A stretch of 64,000 nucleotides of DNA from Ranitomeya imitator. Taxonomy: Eukaryota. Below, in pieces: positions 63,373-64,000 of the stretch. The position numbers were made by a program, and so were the translations under genes. Positions within the stretch are counted from its first letter, which is position 1, and every line of letters starts with the position of its first letter. Below the pieces are notes generated by a model, which saw nothing but the letters and a program-made list of their open reading frames with translations, made no database searches and was not told where the DNA came from. The stretch is from positions 139,314,001-139,378,000 of the forward strand of contig NC_091291.1 in NCBI RefSeq assembly GCF_032444005.1, in the 5' to 3' direction.

Positions 63373-64000
<628 letters not shown>

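Overview
Vertebrate genomic DNA, most likely from a frog (inferred from the repeat families, not proven). It covers the conserved UBE4B-RBP7-NMNAT1-LZIC synteny block. On the minus strand are UBE4B coding exons 1-2, complete RBP7 (4 exons, 139 aa) and complete NMNAT1 (4 coding exons, 279 aa). On the plus strand are four LZIC coding exons, head-to-head with NMNAT1 across a compact bidirectional promoter at about 59.7-59.9 kb. Inside NMNAT1 intron 1, on the opposite (+) strand, I could splice a 6-exon, 190-aa four-transmembrane protein gene that the ORF track misses. It lies where I recall the human pseudogene TMEM274P sits. Just upstream of it is a candidate exon carrying a 40-aa single-pass micropeptide ORF, and further upstream are more hydrophobic ORF remnants. 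Mobile DNA includes an L1 with both ORFs intact in UBE4B intron 2, a near-full-length disabled CR1, a V-SINE, L2 3' fragments, Tc1 remnants, several MITEs and a Helitron-like element. About a quarter of the window is tandem minisatellite, which explains most of the long repetitive ORFs. There are three N gaps. All coordinates were read by eye and homology statements are from memory, not from searches.
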